This document shows, piece by piece, positions 1-10,215 of a DNA stretch of 55,689 bases; the stretch's first letter is position 1; every line of letters starts with the position of its first letter. This DNA comes from a virus (taxonomy: Duplodnaviria; Caudoviricetes). The stretch spans positions 1 to 55,689 of IMG/VR virus record IMGVR_UViG_3300049142_000153. One strand, given 5' to 3'. The position numbers and the translations under genes were made by a program. Under the pieces are notes generated by a model. It saw only the letters and a list, made by a program, of their open reading frames with translations, was not told where the DNA came from and did not search any database.

Positions 1-18
1 AAGCCCCCCATGGCTGGT

Positions 19-276
19 CTACGCGACGCTCGAAACGGCCCTGAACGTCAGTCTTGTTGAGGTCTCGTGCACCCCGCGGACGACCTTTTCTGAATCCTGC
101 TGATCTTCGAGCTTCCAGCCGGCCGCCTCAATCAACGCGATCCGACGGGCAAGCCGTTGCCTGGCCGGATCGAACGTCATGTAGACGACGCGCACCAAGA
201 TCTGATCCCCGCGCTTATACGCCTTCGCTGCCGCCTTGTCGACGGTCTCAGGCTCGCGCCTCGTGAAGAGCCCCAT
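19..276 (-). CDS. Hypothetical protein (MGLFTRREPE...)
   Basis: ORF divergent from the HNH gene; ATG at 276 chosen as likely start. Confidence 0.55.
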   Translation of the reverse strand: MGLFTRREPETVDKAAAKAYKRGDQILVRVVYMTFDPARQRLARRIALIEAAGWKLEDQQDSEKVVRGVHETSTRLTFRAVSSVA

Positions 277-305
277 AGCCGAACAGAGTAGCGGGAGGTG
301 GCCAC

Positions 306-611
306 TTGGCGTGGCAAGGAAGTACAAGACGATCACGCCTCCCGAAGAACTGGCCTTCGCTGCGTCGCCGTGTCCTGCGCAGGGACGGCTACGCGTGCAC
401 CATGCCCTTCTCTGACGGCAGCCTGTGTGGGCGAGAGGCTACGGATGTAGACCACATACAGCCTGGCGATGACCACAGCATGGCCAACCTACGGGCACTG
501 TGTGGGTGGTGCCACGCCAGGAAGAGCGCGAGTGAGGGAGGCAGAGCAGCGGCTCTCACACGGGTGCGTATGGACAGGCCCAAGCCCACACACCCAGCAC
601 TGGAGGACTAG
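306..611 (+). CDS. HNH endonuclease (packaging-associated)
   Basis: C..C...DVDHI...NLRALCGWCHARK motif; GGAGGTG RBS; upstream of terminase. Confidence 0.9.
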   Translation: MAWQGSTRRSRLPKNWPSLRRRVLRRDGYACTMPFSDGSLCGREATDVDHIQPGDDHSMANLRALCGWCHARKSASEGGRAAALTRVRMDRPKPTHPALED

Positions 612-614
612 CCC

Positions 615-866
615 ATGAGCGGCGCCCATGTGGTGCTGGAGGAGGCAGACGACACGGGCGAGAGCGGCGTGAGCGTGACGCGAGTGACCGTCAATGGCGT
701 TGACGTTGGTCGCCTCGCGAGAGCACCGAAGATCAGCGTTGGCACTGAGCGACGCTGCACGACGGTGACCCTGACGCTCGTACCGAGCCGCCTGGAGATC
801 AAGGGCGAGCTCGCTGACGGTGATCGTCGGGAGCCGCGAGCCGGCTTCGCAGCGAAGATCGACTAG
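615..866 (+). CDS. Hypothetical protein
   Basis: ORF with GGAGG RBS, directly following HNH. Confidence 0.65.
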   Translation: MSGAHVVLEEADDTGESGVSVTRVTVNGVDVGRLARAPKISVGTERRCTTVTLTLVPSRLEIKGELADGDRREPRAGFAAKID

Positions 867-1096
867 CCCCGACCCAGGGGGATGACCCCCTCCGAGCCAA
901 TCGGAAGACCGTTAAGGTGCTGGGCTTCGCTGTCTGTACGGGTCTGGGGATCTAAATAGTCACACTTCCACCCCGCTGCACGGGAGGCCGTCAGGCGCCC
1001 GCACAGGGCTTTCTAGGGGCGTCTGAGGGTGCCGCGGAGGTCGAAAGCGTGACTCGCCGCCCGCACATATCCGCTACGTCTCCGCAGGTCAGGGGG

Positions 1097-1125
1097 TTGA
1101 AAGTGTGACCGGCCGCATCTATGAT
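1097..1125 (+). promoter_or_regulatory. Sigma70/HrdB-type promoter TTGAAA-N17-TATGAT, probably leaderless into GTG 1132
   Basis: Near-consensus hexamers with 17-bp spacer; -10 lies 6 nt before an in-frame GTG. Confidence 0.6.
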
Positions 1126-1131
1126 GAGGAC

Positions 1132-1746
1132 GTGACTAGGACTTGCGAGATGTGCCCGAGAGAGCTGCCGATCATGGCTCGCTCTCACACGCGCACGTGC
1201 TCGCCCCGGTGCCGGAAGGCACTCTCCCGCGCGACGGCGAAGGCTGCGCGCTCGCTCCCGCTGGAGCTGACGACCCGCGACAGGTGGGTACGTCGAGCCG
1301 GCGACAAGCGTCCGCTGACGACGACCGGCAGGGCCGCGTCAAGTACTGACGCTCGCACGTGGAGCACCTACAAGAACGCCGCGGAATCCGTGGCGGGCGT
1401 CGGTCTGGGGTTCGTCCTCTCCGACGTCGACGACGTGGTCTGTCTCGACCTGGACCACTGCTTGAATCCGCTCACCGGGCGCGTAGCCCCGTGGGCCGCA
1501 TCCATCCTCCGCGACGCGGGCGCCACCTACGTAGAGGTGTCCCCGTCCGGCGATGGACTGCACATCTGGGGTCGCGCTGACGTCCGACAGGGACGGAAGA
1601 TTCGGCGCCCCGACGGTACGGCCGTAGAGATCTACGGGACCGGCCGCTACATCACCGTGACGGGTCGCCGACATGGCTCTTCCCCGTCCATCCTCGCGGA
1701 CCTCTCCGCGGTAATCTCATCCCTCGCCCACCCGGGGGAGAAGTGA
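1132..1746 (+). CDS. Zn-finger plus primase-polymerase (Prim-Pol/AEP-like) domain protein
   Basis: N-terminal CxxC...CSPRC; CLDLDHC, EVSPSGDGLHIW and EIY...RYITVTG motifs. Confidence 0.8.
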   Translation: MTRTCEMCPRELPIMARSHTRTCSPRCRKALSRATAKAARSLPLELTTRDRWVRRAGDKRPLTTTGRAASSTDARTWSTYKNAAESVAGVGLGFVLSDVDDVVCLDLDHCLNPLTGRVAPWAASILRDAGATYVEVSPSGDGLHIWGRADVRQGRKIRRPDGTAVEIYGTGRYITVTGRRHGSSPSILADLSAVISSLAHPGEK

Positions 1747-1979
1747 TGTCCGACGACCGCACCGCCGCACTCTTTGAGTTGCTGGCCGTGATCCAGCCGC
1801 ACATCACCGACGGTGCTGAGGCCCGTCGAATTGCTGAGCTACTGGAGACCCTTGACCCGTCCATGGAGGCGGCTGTCATCTGGTGGCGTCGCGCTACCGA
1901 CATGGGAGACGCGGACGCCCGGGACTACCTCCAAGAGCTCATCTCCGAGGGGATCGCCGACCGGCGACCCACAGACTGA
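1746..1979 (+). CDS. Hypothetical protein
   Basis: TGATG coupling to upstream gene. Confidence 0.55.
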   Translation: MSDDRTAALFELLAVIQPHITDGAEARRIAELLETLDPSMEAAVIWWRRATDMGDADARDYLQELISEGIADRRPTD

Positions 1980-2032
1980 CGGCGTAGCTCCCGACATGGG
2001 CGGCGTCTGCCGTCCGTACCCGGGAGGTACCC

Positions 2033-2209
2033 ATGCGCACCGTCAACCGAGTGCTGCGACGGTTCGGGTTTGTCGCACTTCCGCTGCCCCCTACCGCAAA
2101 GATGCTGCGTGAGCACGCGAACGTGCTGGAGACCGCACGGCCTTACGTGCACGGCAGCTTCACGCTTCGGTGGTTGCGCCATGTTGCCGACCTCGTGGAT
2201 GGTGACTGA
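2033..2209 (+). CDS. Hypothetical protein (58 aa, MRTVNRVLRR...)
   Basis: GGGAGGT RBS; TGATG-coupled to terminase small subunit; below the ORF-track cutoff. Confidence 0.55.
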   Translation: MRTVNRVLRRFGFVALPLPPTAKMLREHANVLETARPYVHGSFTLRWLRHVADLVDGD

Positions 2210-2655
2210 TGGCCGGTCGCGGACCCGCCCCGAAGGATCCATCAAAGCGTCGCCGGCGCAACACCACCGACCCCGAGACCGTCATCGTCAACGACGGCGA
2301 ACTCCGCGGCCCTGAGCTGCCGGAGGGCGTCCTCCCGGGTGACGAAGAGTGGCATCCGATGACGGTCAATTGGTGGCAGACCTGGCGCACGTCGCCGATG
2401 GCTGCAACCTTCCTCGACACCGATTGGGCGTTCCTCCTCGACGCCGCCCTCATGCACCACACGGCGTGGACGAAGGGCCGGTGGGAGTTCCTCTCCGAAG
2501 TGCGCATGAGAAGCGCCAAATTCGGCGCTACGCCGGAGGACAGGGCTCGTCTGAAGCTCAAGGTCGACGACCCCTCAGCAGGCCCTCAGCGTCCCGCACA
2601 GGGCGCTGGGAACGTCTCTGACATCAACTCGCGCAGGGCGCGGCTCACAGGCTAG
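2209..2655 (+). CDS. Terminase small subunit
   Basis: MAGRGPAPK..RRRRN start and FGATPEDRARL motif typical of actinophage TerS; position. Confidence 0.88.
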   Translation: MAGRGPAPKDPSKRRRRNTTDPETVIVNDGELRGPELPEGVLPGDEEWHPMTVNWWQTWRTSPMAATFLDTDWAFLLDAALMHHTAWTKGRWEFLSEVRMRSAKFGATPEDRARLKLKVDDPSAGPQRPAQGAGNVSDINSRRARLTG

Positions 2656-2663
2656 GAGACCGG

Positions 2664-4373
2664 ATGCCGCACGTAACAGTGTGCGCCCCCGGTCATGACC
2701 GTAAGAAGTCCCTCGGGCTTCTCGCGTTGTATTGGATGGAGTACTTCGTCGTACACGGCCCTGGCGACGTCCAGGGCGAGCCGGTACGCCACGGCGACGA
2801 GTACGGCGGATTCGTCATGGACTGCTACGCGGTCGACGACGAAGGACGCTTGCGCTATGACTCCGCTTTCTTCTCCCGCCCGAAGGGCTGCGACAAGAGC
2901 GGACTCGGAGCGCGCATCGGCCTGTTCGAAGCGTTCGGCCCGTGCCGTTTCGACGGATGGGCCGAGGGTGGGGAGGTCTACGAGGACCCCTGGGGGCTTG
3001 GCTTCCGCTACGAGTACGTAGCCGGAGAGCCGATGGGCCGTCCGGTGCGCGTCCCCTACCTCCGCATCATGGCGACGGAGGAAGGCCAGACTGGCAACGT
3101 CTATGACACCATCTATTTCAACCTGACCGACGAGGCGTCGCGCCTTTCGCAAATCCCGGGCGTTGACCCCGGATTGACGAAGATCAACCTCCCTGACGGC
3201 GGAGAGATAACGCCGTCAACGGCCTCGTCCTCGTCGAAGGATGGCGGTAAGGAGACGTGGGTCTGTTTCGACGAGACTCACCTCTACAACACCCCTGAAC
3301 TCCGGCGCATGTACGCCACGGTGACTCGAAACCTCCGCAAGAGGAAGAAGGGCGCCGGCACGTGGTACCTCGAAACGACCACGATGTTCGCCCCGGGTCA
3401 GGACTCCGTCGCTGAGCGCACGTACGAAGAAGCCGAAGCGATTCGTGAGGGGAAGAAGAAGCGCGGTCGCGCTCGACTCCTCTACGACCACCGGTACGGC
3501 GTCTGCAAGAACCTCAAAGACGAGCAGGAGCTCCGCGCAGCCCTTATCGACTCCTACGGCGACGCCATGGAGTGGATGGATCTCGAAACGCTCGTCGATG
3601 ACTTCTACGACTTGCGTAACGACTCCGCGGACGGTAAGCGATACTTCCTCAACTCCCGGACCTCCTCCAGTGATTCATGGATGGACCCGGACACGTGGGA
3701 GGTCTGCCGCCGGCCGGAGCAGCTACAGCCCGGCGACCTCGTAACTCTCGGCTTCGACGGCTCCATCCGCGACGACGCTACGGCGCTCGTCGCCTGCCGC
3801 GTTCTCGACGGTCACCTACAGCTCCTCGGAGTCTGGGAAAAACCCGAAGGGCACGAGGGCGAAGGGTGGCAAGTCGACCGCGAGTCCGTCGACGGAGCAG
3901 TTGCTCGCGCATTCGACCGGTACGAGGTGTGCGGTTTCTACTGCGACCCGCCGCACTGGCAAGACTACGTCGACAAGTGGACGTCGGACTTCTCCGAAGG
4001 GCTCCAGATAAGCGCCGTACAGTCCCGCCCCCTGGAATGGTGGACCAACCGTCCAACTGCCATGGAGCGCGCGCTGGACCGCTTCGTCGAGGCTGTCGAT
4101 GACAAGGCCCTCTCGTTCGCCGGTACCGAAAAGGCCGATGACGACGAGTCGGAATGGTCGAAGTTGGGTACCACGCTCACGCGGCACGTCGTGAACGCGA
4201 AGCGACGTCCGATGGGCCGCAATCACATGGGCATCGGCAAGGAACACCCGAAGAGCCCGAAGAAGATTGACGCCGCGATGGCGGCAGTGCTCGCCTACGA
4301 ATGCCGCGCTGACGCCGTGGCCGCCGGAATCACGAAGCGCAAAAAGCGCTCGTCCAAGCTCAACGCCTTTTAG
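2664..4373 (+). CDS. Terminase large subunit
   Basis: Walker A-like RPKGCDKS, Walker B FDETH, nuclease GFDGS and KIDAAMA. Confidence 0.95.
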   Translation: MPHVTVCAPGHDRKKSLGLLALYWMEYFVVHGPGDVQGEPVRHGDEYGGFVMDCYAVDDEGRLRYDSAFFSRPKGCDKSGLGARIGLFEAFGPCRFDGWAEGGEVYEDPWGLGFRYEYVAGEPMGRPVRVPYLRIMATEEGQTGNVYDTIYFNLTDEASRLSQIPGVDPGLTKINLPDGGEITPSTASSSSKDGGKETWVCFDETHLYNTPELRRMYATVTRNLRKRKKGAGTWYLETTTMFAPGQDSVAERTYEEAEAIREGKKKRGRARLLYDHRYGVCKNLKDEQELRAALIDSYGDAMEWMDLETLVDDFYDLRNDSADGKRYFLNSRTSSSDSWMDPDTWEVCRRPEQLQPGDLVTLGFDGSIRDDATALVACRVLDGHLQLLGVWEKPEGHEGEGWQVDRESVDGAVARAFDRYEVCGFYCDPPHWQDYVDKWTSDFSEGLQISAVQSRPLEWWTNRPTAMERALDRFVEAVDDKALSFAGTEKADDDESEWSKLGTTLTRHVVNAKRRPMGRNHMGIGKEHPKSPKKIDAAMAAVLAYECRADAVAAGITKRKKRSSKLNAF

Positions 4374-4385
4374 GGAGGTCCGTAA

Positions 4386-5906
4386 GTGCCTATCGATGCC
4401 TCGAAGGTGGAGTCTCCCGGGTGGTGGCTTCAGCGGCTCGGTAAGAAGCTGTTCGACGAGCGTGAGGACTCCAAGGACGCTGACGGCGACGTGGAGCCGG
4501 GTCTCGACACACTGAAGCGCTACGCGGAGAACCGTGCGCCGCTCCCTCGTGTGCCTGGTCTCGACCCTGCGGAGGTCGCTGAGTGGATGAAGGACGCCCG
4601 TACCAACTGGACGTCACTCGTCATCGACTCTCCCGTTGAGCGCATGCACGTCGACGGCTTTCGCTTCGGTGACCCGGACGACGACAGCGACGGAGCGAAG
4701 ACGTCGGACAAGGACGCAAACCGCGTCTGGCAGGAGAACAGCCTCGACGCGGACGCCGACCTCGTCCACTACGGCGCGCTCTCCCAGCGACGGGCGTTCA
4801 CCCTCGTCGAGCGTGGCGACGACGGCCGACCAGTCATCACGCACGAGACTCCACGGCAGGTAGCTGTCGAGCATATGCAGGGGAGCCGGCGAAAGCTCGC
4901 TGCGGGCCTGAAGCTGTGGCGGGACGACTGGACAGGCGACACCCGGGCGACGTTGTGGACCCCGGAGACAATCCATGAGTTCGTCACGAAGACCAACGCT
5001 CCCGTCTTCACCGGTCGCGCGGCTCGGTTGCCGAGCTGGGACGCGTTCTCTCTGCCGAACCAGTCGGACAGTCACCGCCCCAATGACCTGAAGATCGTCC
5101 CCCTCGTCCCGTTCATCAACCGGCGTAACCGCCGGCTCTCTGGCTTCGCGGAGCACGAGGACGTACTCACGGTCCAGAACCGCATCACGCTCTCGCTCAT
5201 CATGACGATCGCGGCGATGAAATACGGCGCGTTCAGGCAGCGTTGGGCCGCGGGCCTGGAGGTCGACGAGGACCCCGTCACCGGGAAGAAGATCCAGCCC
5301 TTCCAGCTGGACATCCGGCGTCTGTGGACGACGGAGGACCCCGAAGTGCGGTTCGGGGAGTTCTCCGCGACCGACCTCATGCCGTACGTCCGGGCCGTCG
5401 AGGCTGCGGTTCAGGACCTCGCGGCCATCTCCAGAACGCCCCCGCATTATTTGATCGGCGCCGTTGTCAACGTCAGCGGCGACGCCCTGAAGGCCGCGGA
5501 GACGGGCCTCGTGAGCAAAGTGCGCGACCGGCAACGCAACTTCGGTGAGTCGTGGGAGCAGACCATGAGGTTGGCGTTCCGCGTCCTGGGCGACGAGACG
5601 AAGGCGACCGCATACACCGCTGAGACGGTCTGGCGTGATCCGGAGTCCCGCTCCATCGCCGAACTTGCCGACGCTGCTGTGAAGAAGGCGACCGCCGGGG
5701 TCCCGTGGCGTCAGCGCATGGAGGACATGGGCTACACCCCCGCGGAGATCTCCCGCATGGAGATCGACCGTGCCGCAGACGCGATGAACGCGCAGACGGC
5801 TACCGACCCCTCGGCTCCGCAACCGACGAACATCGCCGATGCCCGGTCGGCTCGCGACCAGCGGACCGTGATCGGACGGAGCGCGGATGACGCTAACGCG
5901 GCTTGA
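4386..5906 (+). CDS. Portal protein (SPP1 gp6-like)
   Basis: NWTSLVID, AFRQRW and SGDALKAAE motifs; follows TerL. Confidence 0.92.
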   Translation: MPIDASKVESPGWWLQRLGKKLFDEREDSKDADGDVEPGLDTLKRYAENRAPLPRVPGLDPAEVAEWMKDARTNWTSLVIDSPVERMHVDGFRFGDPDDDSDGAKTSDKDANRVWQENSLDADADLVHYGALSQRRAFTLVERGDDGRPVITHETPRQVAVEHMQGSRRKLAAGLKLWRDDWTGDTRATLWTPETIHEFVTKTNAPVFTGRAARLPSWDAFSLPNQSDSHRPNDLKIVPLVPFINRRNRRLSGFAEHEDVLTVQNRITLSLIMTIAAMKYGAFRQRWAAGLEVDEDPVTGKKIQPFQLDIRRLWTTEDPEVRFGEFSATDLMPYVRAVEAAVQDLAAISRTPPHYLIGAVVNVSGDALKAAETGLVSKVRDRQRNFGESWEQTMRLAFRVLGDETKATAYTAETVWRDPESRSIAELADAAVKKATAGVPWRQRMEDMGYTPAEISRMEIDRAADAMNAQTATDPSAPQPTNIADARSARDQRTVIGRSADDANAA

Positions 5907-6696
5907 CCAGAGGTACGGATCGGCAGTCCGGAGCATCTGGACGAGCGTGCTGGGGCGTACGAACCGCTCCTTCACTGGCCTCCGCTCCTGGCGTGACGCT
6001 GACGCCGCGAAGTTCCGGCGCTCGACGCTCCCCATCATCCTGGCCGGCGAGCGGAACATAGCGACGCTGACGGCGTCATACCTGGAGCAGCTCTACAAGG
6101 AAGTTGACTCCGAGGCTCGTCGGGTATCCCTCGACCTCGACGCCGTCACTGGTGAAGCCCTCCGCGGCGTCGACCCTGCTGAGGTCTACGACCGGCCCTT
6201 CACGGAGCTATACACGGCCCTCTCGAAGGGGGAGCCCCTTGACGTCGCCGTCGAGCGCGGCGCACACCGCCTGGAGACGATCGCCAAGACCGATCTCCAG
6301 CTAGCCCGCACGCACACGGTGCGCGAGGTGTCGGCCGACATGCCGCGCTTCAAGTACACGGTCCGGGAGCTGCAAGGCGAGTACGACTGTGCGCTCTGCA
6401 TGATCGCGTCGACTCAGCGCTACCTGAAGGAAGATCTGGCCCCGATCCATCCCGGATGCGACTGCCTCGTCAAGACGGTCACGGCGGATTACGACCCGGG
6501 CCAGATCATCGACGAGGCGTTCCTCTCCGACGTCCACGACGCCGTAGAGGCCGCACTCGGGGAGTTCGACCGTGGAGGACGCGCCGTCGACTACCGCAAG
6601 ATCATCATCTCTCGCGAACACGGCGAGATCGGGCCCGTTCTGGGCTACCGGGGCCAACGGTTCACGGGCCCTGACGACATTCACCTCCCGACCTGA
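5887..6696 (+). CDS. MuF-like head morphogenesis/capsid maturation protein
   Basis: CALC...HPGCDC motif; follows portal. Confidence 0.75.
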   Translation: MTLTRLDQRYGSAVRSIWTSVLGRTNRSFTGLRSWRDADAAKFRRSTLPIILAGERNIATLTASYLEQLYKEVDSEARRVSLDLDAVTGEALRGVDPAEVYDRPFTELYTALSKGEPLDVAVERGAHRLETIAKTDLQLARTHTVREVSADMPRFKYTVRELQGEYDCALCMIASTQRYLKEDLAPIHPGCDCLVKTVTADYDPGQIIDEAFLSDVHDAVEAALGEFDRGGRAVDYRKIIISREHGEIGPVLGYRGQRFTGPDDIHLPT

Positions 6697-6737
6697 CGCC
6701 CGCCATGGGCCGACGACTCCCGACAGGGGAAACACGC

Positions 6738-7418
6738 ATGCAGATTCCGCACTCCTTCGCGCTCTCGAACGCCCCGCATACGGTCCTCGGATACCGCAAG
6801 GACGGGCGCCCGATCCGCTTCATCGGAGGCGGTGACGGTACAGGTGACGGCACCGGTACCGGATCGGCGGGCACTGGCGACGGCACGACCGTCAACGAGC
6901 ACGGCTACCCCGACGGCAAGCCCGTCGCGGAGATGGACCCTGCTCATCAGGTCGCCTACTGGAAGCACCACGCCCGCAAGCACGAGCAGCGCGCGAACGC
7001 TGCCCCCGACGCTGCGGAGCTGGAGCGCCTGCGTCAGGCGGATGCGGATCTGAAGGCCCGGCAGGCGTCGGAGCTCACGGAGACGCAGCGACTCCAGAAG
7101 GAGCGCGACGACGCTGCGGCTCTCGCTGCGACCAACGCCGCGACGGCTGCGGCTGCGACTGCCGAGCTCCTGAAGCTCAAGGTCATCGGCGAGAAGGGGC
7201 TCACGCCCGCACACGCCGCGTTCCTCCAGGGCGCGACCCGCGAGGAGCTGGAGGCCAGTGCAGATGCGCTGAAGGCCCTGATCCCCGCCGGCAACGGCCA
7301 GGGGGAGGGCGGATCAACGCTGCGCTCCGGAGGCAACCGCGGGGGCGACGTTGGCGGATCTACAAAGACCGTCGCGGCCGGCGCGGACCTCTACCGCGAA
7401 CGCCACGCGAAGAACTAA
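6738..7418 (+). CDS. Scaffolding protein
   Basis: YWKHHARKHE, coiled coil, G.T.EEL...A motif; position. Confidence 0.8.
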   Translation: MQIPHSFALSNAPHTVLGYRKDGRPIRFIGGGDGTGDGTGTGSAGTGDGTTVNEHGYPDGKPVAEMDPAHQVAYWKHHARKHEQRANAAPDAAELERLRQADADLKARQASELTETQRLQKERDDAAALAATNAATAAAATAELLKLKVIGEKGLTPAHAAFLQGATREELEASADALKALIPAGNGQGEGGSTLRSGGNRGGDVGGSTKTVAAGADLYRERHAKN

Positions 7419-7441
7419 CGACCACCCCCAACGGAGGACCC

Positions 7442-7840
7442 ATGAACCTCGGTCTCATCACTGAGAGCTTCTCGCAGGACAAGCGAGACTGGCTCTTCAG
7501 CGACCACGGCACTGACATTGCGCTGAGCGCGACGCTGGACGTCACCAAGTTCACGGCTGGCACCCACTACCCCGACGGCTACATCAAGAGCGGTATCCCG
7601 CTCGGCAAGATCACGGCCGGCGGCAAGTACGGGCCGTATGACGACACGGCCACGGACGGTCGGCAGACCTGCGTCGGCTTTCTCTTCACTGGCGTCGAGG
7701 TCGTGACGCGACGAGGCGCAACGCTCTCGTCCGCCGTCGGCTCGATGCTCGTCCACTGCGCGGTGAAGGAGGCCAAGCTCCCCGTCGCCCTCGACGCGAA
7801 CGGTAAGGCCGACCTGGCCTCCCGCGTCATCTTCGTCTGA
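7442..7840 (+). CDS. Head decoration protein
   Basis: SGIPLGKIT...YGPYD...DG motif; lies between scaffold and capsid. Confidence 0.8.
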   Translation: MNLGLITESFSQDKRDWLFSDHGTDIALSATLDVTKFTAGTHYPDGYIKSGIPLGKITAGGKYGPYDDTATDGRQTCVGFLFTGVEVVTRRGATLSSAVGSMLVHCAVKEAKLPVALDANGKADLASRVIFV

Positions 7841-7856
7841 GAGGTAACCAACAACT

Positions 7857-8876
7857 ATGCAGCTCATTGACGAGTACGCGACTCCCGCGGAACTCACCGG
7901 CTACGCCCGCGCGGCACTGGCGGACCGACCGGAGAATGAGTTCAGCCTCGACCGCTGGCTCCCCAACCGCACCGTGAACGATCTGTCCTACCGGTTCACC
8001 CGGGGTGGAGGTGGCCTGACGGAGGCTGCGACCTTCCGGGCCTACGACGCGTCGTCCGCGGTCGGCACCCGGCCCGGGGGCGCGCGTGTGAGCGGCGAAC
8101 TGCCGCCCATCTCGCGGAAGATCCCGCTGGGCGAGTACGAGCGCATCCGGCGCCGGAACCTGGACACGCAGAACGCTGAGATCCGGGACGCCATGCTCGA
8201 CGACGGCGTCCGTCAGGCTCGTGCGATCGAGGCCCGAATGGAGCTCGCACGTGGGGAGGCCCTCTTCACTGCGGGCGTGAACCTGAACGAGGACGGTGTC
8301 CAGGCGGCTGTGGACTTCGGACGGAGCGCCTCGCACTCTGTGACGGCGTCGACTCCGTGGAGTACTTACGCCACGGCGAAGGCGTACGACGACTTCCAGG
8401 CGTGGTTGGACGTTTACGTCGCGACGAACGGCCGTCTGCCTGCGTACACGCTGATGTCGCGGACGATCTGGAACGCACTCCGCCGGAACGCTCAGCTCCT
8501 CTCCATGTCCGCGAGCAACGGCACCACGCCAGCCGTCCTGACGAAGGAAGGTCTGGCGCACGTTCTCGCCGACTTCGACATTCCTCAGCCTGTCATCTAC
8601 GACGCACAGGTCTCCGTGAACGGCACTCCCACGCGCATCACTCCCGTGGACAAGATTCTCTTCCTGCCGGAAGAGGGTGACGCCGTCGGTCAGACTCTCT
8701 GGGGCGTCCCGGTGGAGGCGGACGACCCGCGGTACGGCCTGGCTGGCTCTGAGGCTGGAATTGCCGTTGGTGGCTACAAGTCGGAGGACCCGCAGACTGT
8801 GTGGACCCGGGCTACGGCCATCGCCCTGCCGGTCGCCGCAGCTCCGGACCTGACCTTCCAGGCCGACGTACTCTGA
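7857..8876 (+). CDS. Major capsid protein (lambda gpE-like)
   Basis: 339 aa; ELPPISRK, VDFGR and ALPV motifs; synteny. Confidence 0.88.
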   Translation: MQLIDEYATPAELTGYARAALADRPENEFSLDRWLPNRTVNDLSYRFTRGGGGLTEAATFRAYDASSAVGTRPGGARVSGELPPISRKIPLGEYERIRRRNLDTQNAEIRDAMLDDGVRQARAIEARMELARGEALFTAGVNLNEDGVQAAVDFGRSASHSVTASTPWSTYATAKAYDDFQAWLDVYVATNGRLPAYTLMSRTIWNALRRNAQLLSMSASNGTTPAVLTKEGLAHVLADFDIPQPVIYDAQVSVNGTPTRITPVDKILFLPEEGDAVGQTLWGVPVEADDPRYGLAGSEAGIAVGGYKSEDPQTVWTRATAIALPVAAAPDLTFQADVL

Positions 8877-8899
8877 TCAGAAACGCGAGGCACTAACGC

Positions 8900-9145
8900 A
8901 TGGTAACCCTGGCAGCGATCGTCCATGTGACTGACGAGCGGGGCGTGACCCACGTGTTCGGCCCCGCGGACGAGGTCCCCGAGTGGGCTCAGGAGTGCAT
9001 CACGAACCCGAAGGCGTGGGCGGTAGCACCTACCGCAAAACGTTTGTCGGAGCCTGAGTCCACGCCCGCACCTGCGCCTAAGCCTGCGAAGCGGGCTGCG
9101 CCACGGCGGAAGGCAGGCGGCAGTGGCACTGTTCGAAGCGAGTGA
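8900..9145 (+). CDS. Hypothetical head-associated protein
   Basis: FGP.DEVPEWA..ITNPKAW type small protein following capsid. Confidence 0.7.
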   Translation: MVTLAAIVHVTDERGVTHVFGPADEVPEWAQECITNPKAWAVAPTAKRLSEPESTPAPAPKPAKRAAPRRKAGGSGTVRSE

Positions 9146-9503
9146 GCTCCGAACCCTCCTGAAGCGACCACTCACCGATGATGAGTGCGCCCTCGCCCAC
9201 GAACTCACCGAAGACGCGTTCTACGGTGAGGTGGGCGAGAGGCTGACCAATCCTCCTCAGCGGGGCGTGAAGTCGGTCGCGCTCATGGTTGCGTCGAGGA
9301 TCCTGACGAACCCTTCTGGCGTCCGGTCGGAGCAAGCAGGCGGAATGTTGGTCAGCTATGCCGACTCGGAGACTGGCGTCATTCTCTCGGAGGATGAGCG
9401 CAAGCGGCTCCGACGTGCTGTAGGAATGTCGTCGGGCGCCTCGTCCCTCGACATCTCGCCAGAGGACGCGTCCCCCTGCACGACAACGTGGGTGGTGCGG
9501 TGA
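9123..9503 (+). CDS. Head-to-tail adaptor
   Basis: R.L.NP.G..SEQ.G motif; synteny. Confidence 0.75.
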   Translation: MALFEASELRTLLKRPLTDDECALAHELTEDAFYGEVGERLTNPPQRGVKSVALMVASRILTNPSGVRSEQAGGMLVSYADSETGVILSEDERKRLRRAVGMSSGASSLDISPEDASPCTTTWVVR

Positions 9504-9853
9504 GCCTCATTGCGTCACTCATGTCTGAGACGCTCACCATTGAGCGTCCGGGACCTCCAGTGCGGGACTCCACGGGGACCAAGGTTCCCGGGCCTCCGAT
9601 ACACATCGAGGTCAAGAACTGCGCGATCATGAGCCCGTACGGAGTTTTGATCGGCAGCTCGACGGAGACGCAGGAAGCGTCCATGACCGTTGAAACGCGG
9701 CGCGTGTTCGCCGCCCCACTGGGGACCGACGTCCGGAAGACGGACCGAATCCTGCGGGGCGACCAGAAGTGGGAGGTCGTCGGCGACCCGTTGGAGTTCC
9801 CCCTCACCTCCCTCGCTCGCGTTGAAGCGGCCGTGAAGCGGGTGACGGGATGA
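9500..9853 (+). CDS. Head-to-tail stopper
   Basis: AP.GTDV...DR....WEV.GDP motif; synteny. Confidence 0.75.
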   Translation: MSLIASLMSETLTIERPGPPVRDSTGTKVPGPPIHIEVKNCAIMSPYGVLIGSSTETQEASMTVETRRVFAAPLGTDVRKTDRILRGDQKWEVVGDPLEFPLTSLARVEAAVKRVTG

Positions 9854-10215
9854 CGACCTTCCGCTCCAAGTACACGGGCCGGTACAACGGCATCGGTAAG
9901 ATCTTCCAGCGTCCCAGCATCCAACTCGCATGCCGCAAGGCGGCAGTTGAGATGAAGGGCGTTGCAGAGGGGTTCGCCCCCGTCGGTGACCCGGCGGACG
10001 GCGACAATCACCCCGGGCTCTACAAAGAGAGCTTCGACGTCGTTCCGGTCTGGCGCAACATCAAATGGAAGGGCCAGAGCCGATGGCGTGCCGGCGCTCG
10101 ACTCGTCAACACCGCACCTCACGCCTGGCGCGTTGAGAAGGGTGACGGACGAGTCCCGCGCTACGCCGTTATGCAGCGGTCCATCGACGCGATGAAGGCG
10201 GCAAACCGTGCCTGA
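9850..10215 (+). CDS. Neck/tail completion protein (HK97 gp10-like)
   Basis: APV...G.Y..SF and HA..VE.G motifs; synteny. Confidence 0.7.
   Translation: MTTFRSKYTGRYNGIGKIFQRPSIQLACRKAAVEMKGVAEGFAPVGDPADGDNHPGLYKESFDVVPVWRNIKWKGQSRWRAGARLVNTAPHAWRVEKGDGRVPRYAVMQRSIDAMKAANRA

Noticed and set aside
867-1000. GGGGGATGACCCCC region as cos/pac site
   Set aside because: Position is plausible but a packaging site cannot be established from sequence alone; needs read-end data
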